From Nitrosopumilus sp. (GTDB taxonomy: Archaea; Thermoproteota; Nitrososphaeria; Nitrososphaerales; Nitrosopumilaceae), in contig CBDCLR010000006.1 of assembly GCA_965218695.1 (NCBI GenBank), positions 1-14,463 of the forward strand: a stretch of DNA of 14,463 nucleotides, in the 5' to 3' direction. Below are positions 12,801 to 14,463 of this stretch, piece after piece. The first letter of the stretch is position 1; each line of letters begins with the position of its first letter. The position numbers were made by a program, and so were the translations under genes. The notes under the pieces are model-generated. The model was given only the letters and a program-made list of their open reading frames with translations. It had not been told where the DNA came from and searched no databases.

Positions 12801-14239
12801 AGCGAGTTTGGTTGTGTGGATAACGTAAATGGTTCGGGCAGTGTGTACTCGTTTATGTCAACATCATCATCACCTGAAACAAACATCTTTGTTCCGTCGT
12901 TGGAGAAGGTTAGGCTTGATGGGGATGAGTCTTGCGAAACTACTGGGAAAGAGCTGACAAAGGTGATATTGGATATGTCAAATGGGGCAATCAGTACGTA
13001 CTCGTTTACTTTACCGTCAAAAATATCTAGAACAAACATCTTTGTTCCGTCGTTGGAGAAGGTTAGGCCTCGTGTGAATGGATCCTCGAAGGCCACTGAG
13101 AAAGAGTTGACAAAGGAGGCAGTTGATACGGTAAAGGGGGCTGTTAATGTGTACTCGCTTACAACATAGTCACTAGCATCTATGACAAACATCTTCATTC
13201 CGTCGCCAGAGAAGGCCAGGCCTGACGGAGCTGTTACCTGCGATGCCACTGAGAAAGAGCCGGCAGAGGTGGCAGAAGACAAGTCAAAGGGGGCGGACAG
13301 CGCGTACTCGTTTACGTTTTGACTATCATCATCTAGAACAAACATCCTGGTACCGTCACCAGAGAAGGCCAGGTCTGACGGAGCTGTTACCTGCGATGCC
13401 ACTGAGAAAGAGCCGGCAGAGGTGGCAGAAGACAAGTCAAAGGGGGCGGACAGCGCGTACTCGTTTACGTCATTGTCATTATCACTTAGAACAAACATCC
13501 TTGTTCCGTCGCCAGAGAAGGCCAGACCTCGTGGGAATATGTCTTCTGAATACACTGAGAAAGAGTCGACAAAGGATGCAGAAGCAGCAGAGATGTCATC
13601 TATGCTGCCCGTGTTTCTGGTGTATGTCAGGTTAATGTCATCATCATGAGCAAGTGTGCCGCTAAGGGTGAGGATAAGTGTGTTTGTAGGTGTGGCGGCA
13701 GTAGCAGTAGCAGGGATGATTCCAGTTACGACCGGGTCTGTGGATATGGTGCCAGACAGCACAAAGTCTCTGGGTGCCACAGAGCTGACTGTAACGTTTT
13801 CGGACAGCATGACGTGAATTGTTGATGTGCCGACAGTACCGATGGAGGACACGATTGGCGGCGCGTTATCGGTTGTGCCGGTAAAGGTCTGGCTTTCTGC
13901 TGCATTTGAGGCGCCGTCTGCCACAGTGCCAGATGCCGCAGCATAAATCACATCTGGCGTATCAGAGGTGAAGGGGATGCCGGAAACCGTAAGGGTTATG
14001 GTGTTGTCCGAACCAGCGGGATCGGTGTTTGCCGTCACTATTCCCCCGTCAGAGAGGGAGAATCCTGCGCCGTCTATCGTTGTGACGTTTACATTCTCAT
14101 CATACGTCAGGACTATCTCGGTAGCCGAGGTTACAGAAGCTGCGATAATTGTCGGGTGCTCCGCCGCATGTACCGGAACAATGGACAAAGAGGCCAACAT
14201 CAGCGTGGAAATTAAAATAACAAAGGAAATTCTCTCCAT
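2..14239 (-). CDS. Giant secreted/cell-surface repeat protein (putative adhesin) with Ig-like (SwmB-like) repeats and eight beta-propeller cassettes; 3'-truncated by the window edge, at least 4,746 aa
   Basis: Manual translation from ATG 14239 gives MERISFVILISTLMLASLSIVPVHAAEHPTIIAASVTSATEIVLTYDENVNV..., and the same frame at the left edge reads ...TITLTVSGITTSDRPDITY. An in-frame TAA lies upstream at 14267-14269. All 21 repeat-like + strand shadow ORFs start at positions divisible by 3, so there is no frameshift. The ORF track has no minus-strand ORF in this frame, which implies no internal stop. Confidence 0.95.
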   Translation of the reverse strand, partial: MERISFVILISTLMLASLSIVPVHAAEHPTIIAASVTSATEIVLTYDENVNVTTIDGAGFSLSDGGIVTANTDPAGSDNTITLTVSGIPFTSDTPDVIYAAASGTVADGASNAAESQTFTGTTDNAPPIVSSIGTVGTSTIHVMLSENVTVSSVAPRDFVLSGTISTDPVVTGIIPATATAATPTNTLILTLSGTLAHDDDINLTYTRNTGSIDDISAASASFVDSFSVYSEDIFPRGLAFSGDGTRMFVLSDNDNDVNEYALSAPFDLSSATSAGSFSVASQVTAPSDLAFSGDGTRMFVLDDDSQNVNEYALSAPFDLSSATSAGSFSVASQVTAPSGLAFSGDGMKMFVIDASDYVVSEYTLTAPFTVSTASFVNSFSVAFEDPFTRGLTFSNDGTKMFVLDIFDGKVNEYVLIAPFDISNITFVSSFPVVSQDSSPSSLTFSNDGTKMFVSGDDDVDINEYTLPEPFTLSTQPNSLASFAADPVTNNIPPDTVAPTITASSVTSATSIVLTYSENVDVDAMDGAGFTLSDGDVTANTDPAGSGNTITLTVSGITNTSDTPDVTYIESDGTVVDGVSNAAKDQTFDRTVDDAPPTVSSIETSSTSTINVVLSEDVTVNSVAPGDFALSGTISTNPTVTGITPILADTVILALSDTLDSNDDINLEYDRNTGSIDDILLSFFASSFSVAPQGTDLSGLAFSADGKKMFVLDLDRDAVNEYALSAPFDVSNVTLVNTFSVVSQDTLPQGLAFSGDGTRMFVLGDEGNDVNEYILSTPFDISNVIFVDSFSVDSQDVFLSGLAFSNNGTRMFVVGDLGDAVNEYALTAPFDVSTSSFVGSFSVASEDTFPRDLAFSGDGTRMFVVGNFNDAVHEYALAAPFDVSNVTLANSFPVASQDRSPSGLAFSGDGTRMFVLGDFNDDINEYVLPKPFNLLPQPNSLASFAADPVTNNIPPDTVAPTITASSVTSATSIVLTYSENVDVDAMDGAGFTLSDGDVTANTDPAGSGNTITLTVSGITNTSDTPDVTYIESDGTVVDGASNAAKDQTFDRTVDDAPPTVSSIEISSASTIDVVLSEDVTVNSAAPEDFALSGTISTNPTVTGITAAAADTVTLALSDTLDSNDDINLTYAKDTGSIDDILALTSFTNSLSVALQGENTSDLAFSNNGTKMFVLDLGGDDVNEYALSAPFDISNAVFAGSFSVSSQDTSPSRLAFSGDGTRMFVVGDSNGKVNEYTLSAPFDISDATLANSISVASQERFPSGLAFSNDGKKMFVLGTISGKVNEYVLIVPFDISTATFDSSFSVASQDTFPSGLAFSGDGTRMFVVGLIGDDVNEYALSAPFDVSTAAPVSSFSVASEDENPRGLAFSGDGTRMFVVGNDNDDINEYTLSKPFTLFPQPNSLASFAADPVTNNIPPDTTPPEITAAAVTSLTEIVLTYSENVDINAANGEGFTLSVGEVTANSDPAGSGNTITLTVSGITASDTPNVTYTESDGTVTDSASNPAASQTFTGTTPLPDTVPPTITAAAVTSLTEIVLTYSENVNVTTTDGQGFTLSVGTVTANSDPAGSDDTITLTVSDITASDAPNVTYTESDGSVTDGASNPAASQTFTGTTALPDTIPPTITAAVVISDTQIVLTYSEDIDVDYTDGTGFSLSVGLVTANTDPGGSSDTITLVVSGIPASSDGTPPDIIYSASAGNTVADTASNPAADQTFDGTTTLPDTVPPEITAAVVTSLTEIVLTYSEDIIVDYTDGTGFALSTEGGTVTANTVSAGGTDNTITLTVSGITSTSDTPNIIFNSPPGIVTDNTLNPARTQTFVDTVDGAPPVVSSINTAGTTTIDVTLSENIAYNLAAPEDFVLSGTISTNPTVTAISAVADTVTLSLDDNLDHDDVISLAYTRTTGSIDDVSAPLPPPLFVDSFPVSDQDTVPSGLAFSADGTKMFVVGGNNNNVNEYSLAVPFDISSNAVFIDSFAVVTSEGITFRPQGLTFSANGTGMYVVDSDNDAVHQYVLAAPFDVSTASFDSSFPVAPQDSDPRDVALSNDGRKMFVTGNRNDAVYAYSLTATFDISFAGVAGSFSLPSENSSPSGLTFSDDGTRMFVVDPASRVVYQYALSVPFDVSTAAPAGSFRVASQDLLPQSVAFSDDGSRMFVVGTSSDKVHQYALSKPFDLLPQPNSLASFAAMSVTNNVASTPPLPPEITAAAVTSATSITLTYSENIDVNATDGTGFTLSDGGTVSANTDPAGSDDTITLTVSGITTSDRPNITYSAESGTVTDSSASTPAANQTFTGTTDDAPPTVSSIATNSTSTNAIDIVLSEDVTINGTAPEDFVLSGTISADLAVTGITAVADTVTLALNDTLAHDDVISLAYDKTIGSIDDILVPPSFTDSFPVASQDEFPRGLAFSNDGTRMFVVGDIGNAVYQYVLSAPFDVSTADFVNDFSLHLQNLNPRGLAFSNDGTKMFVVGNVANAVFQYALSAPFDISNVNFTSSFSVASQDEIPTGLAFSANGTKMFVVGNAANAVYQYALTTAFDVPTATFTSSFPVASQEITPWDLAFSDDGTRMFVVGTSGDDVNEYALSAPFDISNVTFVDSFSVAAQDNSPKGLAFSADGIRMFVLGDSKTAVNEYALSEPFTLFPQPNSLASFAAMSVANNIAPTPPPDDIDPPIDTVPPTITAAAVTSLTKIVLTYSENVDVTTTDGEGFTLSVGTVSANTDPDNSSNTITLTVSGITASDTPNVIYTESDGSVTDSASNPAASQTFTGITPLPDTVPPTITAAAVTSLTEIVLTYDENVNVTTIDGEGFTLSVGEVTANSDPTGSDDTITLTVSGITSTSDTPAITYIAPLGTVADTASNPAADQTFAGTTDDAPPTVSSIATAGRSAIDVVLSENVTVNSVAPEDFALSGTISTDQAVTGITVLADTVTLTLNDTLDSNDVISLAYAKATGSIDDILAPPSFVGSFSVASQDTTPTGLAFSDDGTKMFVVGFAGIDINEYALSAPFDISTASFVDSFSVDSQDTFPADLAFSANGTKMFVIGLVSNDVHEYTLTAPFDVSTSSFVDSFQVSQTDISPRSLAFSNDGTKMFVLDIFGGDSYVNEYTLNGPFDVSTVTFVDSFSVASHAPSPQGLAFSDDGTKMFVSSSDNDAVIKYALTSPFDVSTASFVDSFSVSSQRFTLTALAFSDDGTRMFVLENDSNAVYEYALSEPFTLFPQPNSLASFAAMSVKNNIVPLDTVAPTITAAAVTSLTEIVLTYSENIDVTTTNGEGFTLSVGGTVSANSDPDNSDNTITLTVSGITTSDRPDITYSAESGTVTGSSASTSAASQTFTGTTDNAPPTVSSVATAGTSTINIVLSENVTINDAAPEDFALSGTISTDPAVTGITAVANNAVALALDDTLDSNDAIFLAYTKATGSIDDIPLPPLVGSFPVGIQDSGSTGLAFSNDGTRMFVVGTGSGRDNDAVHQYTLTAAFDVSTASFVDSFSVGSQDTLPTGLAFSADGTKMFVVGSFDNNINEYTLSAAFDVSTASFVDSFSVASQDILPLDMAFSGDGTKMFVLGGAGDDINEYTLSAPFDVSNVAGTSDVTFVDSFSVSSQDISPRGLAFSADGTRMFVVGSSNDAVYGYALTPAFDVSTAAFVDSFSVASQDTFPQGLALSADGTRIFVLGNFGENVHQYALSEPFTLFQQPNSLASFAAMSVTNNIPSDTTPPTITAATVISLTEIVLTYSENIDVTTTNGEGFTLSVGTVSANTDPDNSDSTITLTVSGITASDAPNVTYTESDGSVTGSASNPAASQTFTGTTPLPDTIPPEITAAAVTSLTEIVLTYSENIDVTTTNGEGFTLSTGTVTANTDPDNSDSTITLTVSGITTSDAPNVTYTESDGTVADTASNPAADQTFAGTTPLPDTIPPTITAAAVTSLTEILLTYSENIDVTTTNGEGFTLSTGTVSANTDPDNSDSTITLTVSGITTSDTPNVTYTESDGTVADTASNPAADQTFTGTTPLPDTIPPTITAAAVTFLTEIVLTYSEDIDVTTTNGEGFTLSVGEVTANSDPAGSDNTITLTVSGITNTSDTPDITYTDSLGTVADTASNPAANQTFDRTVDDAPPTVSSIETSSTSTIDVVLSEDVTINGAAPGDFALSGTISTNPTVTGITAAADTVTLALSSVLDSNDVINLAYDKTTGSIDDIPAAAPPSFVGSFSVDSQDNSPTGLAFSADGTKMFVVGFSSTDVLEYALTTPFDVSNVTFAGSFSVLSQDQSPTGLAFSADGTKMFVAGNFDNDIYEYALATPFDVSTATYDSSFSVSLQDTILRDVAFSADGTKMFVAGFSPDAVHEYTLTTPFDVSTSSIVDSFSVASEVEAPTGLTFSADGTKMFVVGFTSRDVNEYALATPFDISNVTGVSDVTFVGSFQIDSQDNSPTGLAFSNDGYKMFVVDTGNDNVLEYALSEPFTLHPQPNSLASFAAMLVTNNIPSDTIPPTITAAAVTSLTEILLTYSEDIGVTTTNGEGFTLSTGTVTANTDPDNSDSTITLTVSGITASDAPDVTYTESDGTVADTASNPAASQTFTGTTPLPDTIPPTITAAAVTSLTEILLTYSEDIGVTTTNGEGFTLSTGTVTANTDPAGSDDTITLTVSGITASDAPNVTYTESDGSVTDGASNPAADQTFTGTTPLPDTTPPTITAAAVTSLTEIVLTYSENIDVTTTNGEGFTLSVGTVSANSDPAGSDDTITLTVSGITTSDRPDITY
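830..1933 (-). repeat. Module 8: type B domain with 5-blade cassette (insert ~875-1678)
   Basis: Five MFV motifs (~1572, 1419, 1266, 1113, 942). Confidence 0.85.
1934..3127 (-). repeat. Tandem array of four highly similar type A domains (A12-A15), exact 300-nt period
   Basis: Markers at 2048, 2348, 2648 and 2948. Confidence 0.9.
3137..4246 (-). repeat. Module 7: type B domain with 5-blade cassette (insert ~3182-3988)
   Basis: Five motifs (~3891, 3726, 3573, 3402, 3249 IFV variant), with 12-nt and 18-nt in-frame loop insertions. Confidence 0.85.
4247..4543 (-). repeat. Type A domain A11
   Basis: Marker at ~4361; RPDITYSAESG variant. Confidence 0.85.
4556..5641 (-). repeat. Module 6: type B domain with 5-blade cassette (insert ~4601-5386)
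   Basis: Five MFV motifs (~5286, 5133, 4980, 4821, 4668). Confidence 0.85.
5642..6235 (-). repeat. Two tandem type A domains (A9-A10)
   Basis: Markers at ~6056 and 5755. Confidence 0.85.
6278..7363 (-). repeat. Module 5: type B domain with 5-blade cassette (insert ~6323-7102)
   Basis: Five MFV motifs (~7002, 6849, 6696, 6543, 6390). Confidence 0.85.
7364..7655 (-). repeat. Type A domain A8
   Basis: Marker at ~7478; RPNITYSAESG variant. Confidence 0.85.
7673..8773 (-). repeat. Module 4: type B domain with divergent 5-blade cassette (insert ~7718-8518)
   Basis: Motifs at ~8409, 8243 (GMYVV variant), 8091, 7938 and 7785. Confidence 0.85.
8774..9988 (-). repeat. Tandem array of four type A domains (A4-A7), ~300-320 nt units
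   Basis: TITLTVSG-type markers at ~9809, 9509, 9209 (variant) and 8888. Confidence 0.85.
9998..11080 (-). repeat. Module 3: type B domain with 5-blade cassette (insert ~10043-10822)
   Basis: Five MFV motifs (~10722, 10569, 10416, 10263, 10110). Confidence 0.85.
11081..11375 (-). repeat. Type A domain A3
   Basis: DTVAPTITASSVTSATSIVLTYSENVDVDAMDGAGFTLSDG... Confidence 0.85.
11384..12463 (-). repeat. Module 2: type B domain with 5-blade cassette (insert ~11429-12205)
   Basis: Five MFV motifs (~12108, 11955, 11802, 11649, 11496) between GSIDD and PQPNSLASF. Confidence 0.85.
12464..12758 (-). repeat. Type A domain A2
   Basis: Nearly identical to A3 at an offset of 1383 nt. Confidence 0.85.
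12767..13870 (-). repeat. Module 1: type B Ig-like domain with inserted 5-blade cassette (insert ~12812-13594)
   Basis: DNAPP...LTYTRNTGSIDD, then five MF(V) motifs at 153-nt spacing (~13491, 13338, 13185, 13032, 12879), then QPNSLASFAADPVTNN. Confidence 0.85.
13871..14161 (-). repeat. Type A Ig-like stalk domain A1
   Basis: PTIIAASVTSATEIVLTYDENV...TDPAGSDNTITLTVSGI...DVIY...GTVADGASNAAESQTFTGTT; the marker TITLTVSG or a close variant occurs 18 times in the window. Confidence 0.85.
14165..14239 (-). other. Sec/SPI-type signal peptide, 25 aa (MERISFVILISTLMLASLSIVPVHA)
   Basis: Short n-region with Arg, a hydrophobic core, then Pro and V-H-A before A-E-H-P, where the first repeat domain begins. 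Confidence 0.85.
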
Positions 14240-14254
14240 CTCTTTATTTTCACA

Positions 14255-14265
14255 CCCCCCCCCCC
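14255..14265 (-). repeat. G11 homopolymer (C11 on +), 15 nt upstream of the ATG
   Basis: cacacccccc cccccgttat at 14251-14270; it is the only run of this length that I saw in the window. Confidence 0.95.
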
Positions 14266-14307
14266 GTTATTCTGTTGATACTCACAAAAAATGGTAGTTA
14301 ATGCTCA

Positions 14308-14324
14308 TATATATAAAATTCCAG
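14308..14324 (-). promoter_or_regulatory. Putative archaeal promoter (proximal TATA box TTTATATA, purine-rich BRE-like flank)
   Basis: Minus strand reads CTGGAATTTTATATATATG; TTTATATA is at 14317-14310 and a T/G initiator-like step lies at 14286/14285, at roughly the expected distance. Confidence 0.6.
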
Positions 14325-14381
14325 CTGACAGGGTGCCCCAAAGCATGCAACCTTCACATGACTATGCCAAGTTAATGCTCA

Positions 14382-14398
14382 TATATATAAAATTCTAG
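14382..14398 (-). promoter_or_regulatory. Second (distal) copy of the putative TATA/BRE promoter
   Basis: Minus strand reads CTAGAATTTTATATATATG within the second repeat copy; TTTATATA is at 14391-14384. Confidence 0.5.
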
Positions 14399-14463
14399 CT
14401 GACAGGGCTGCATGAAATCAATCTGACCGAAGTTGACAGGATGGCAATGGATGCATATCTTGA

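Larger units (their letters stand above)
14296..14407. repeat. 38-nt direct repeat, 2 copies (14296-14333 and 14370-14407), 37/38 identical, 74-nt period
   Basis: agttaatgctcatatatataaaattc(c/t)agctgacaggg occurs twice. Confidence 0.95.

Noticed and set aside
303-13169. Pseudogene or stop-codon readthrough/recoding suggested by regularly spaced in-frame stops on the + strand
   Set aside because: Those stops belong to the shadow frame; the minus-strand frame is open under the standard code.
875-13594. Diversity-generating retroelement acting on the blades
   Set aside because: There is no reverse transcriptase or non-coding template repeat in the window, and loop differences involve all bases and indels rather than adenine-only changes. 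A remote DGR cannot be excluded from this window.
875-13594. Enzymatic assignment of the propellers (phytase, lactonase, GH43/GH32-like)
   Set aside because: I could see no conserved catalytic residues across modules, and the presumed top-face loops are the least conserved part.
1123-13944. Arg/Gln-rich + strand ORFs and the four short minus-strand ORFs (3091, 5497, 8050, 13726)
   Set aside because: They are alternative-frame readings of the repeats inside the giant CDS, with no independent evidence of coding.
27-14297. The + strand ORFs (MVMPETVRVMV..., up to 462 aa) as a tandem family of real genes
   Set aside because: They all share one frame antisense to the giant CDS. Their stops fall where the real gene has Tyr, His or Gln codons after a pyrimidine (e.g. 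the VTY motif). The signal peptide and promoter support the minus strand.
14282-14308. ATG-initiated uORF MSINYHFL on the minus strand
   Set aside because: It is only 8 codons and its ATG abuts the proximal TATA box, so only a distal transcript could include it; there is no other support.
14296-14407. CRISPR mini-array (38-nt repeat, 36-nt spacer)
   Set aside because: The geometry fits, but there are only two copies, no copy at the next period on either side, no typical GAAA(C/G) end and no cas genes. The repeat core is a TATA box positioned for the adjacent gene.

Overview
The window is almost entirely the 5' part of one giant minus-strand gene, which the ORF track misses because its stop codon lies beyond the left edge. 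It starts at ATG 14239 and stays open to position 2 (at least 4,746 codons). All the long + strand ORFs in the track are antisense shadows in a single frame. The protein has a Sec-type signal peptide, 18 copies (the last partial) of a ~100-aa Ig-like/SwmB-like stalk domain (type A), and 8 copies of a second Ig-like domain (type B). Each type B domain is split by an inserted cassette of exactly five ~51-aa beta-propeller blades. Stalk units are homogenised (identical tracts up to 307 nt), while two loops per blade are hypervariable, which suggests a multi-specific giant adhesin diversified by intragenic recombination. Upstream are a 38-nt direct repeat containing archaeal-type TATA boxes and a G11 tract inside a short GTG-initiated uORF; loss of one G would fuse that uORF in frame to the giant gene. 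An archaeal source (Nitrosopumilaceae/Cenarchaeum-like) is my inference from the blade motif and the promoter.
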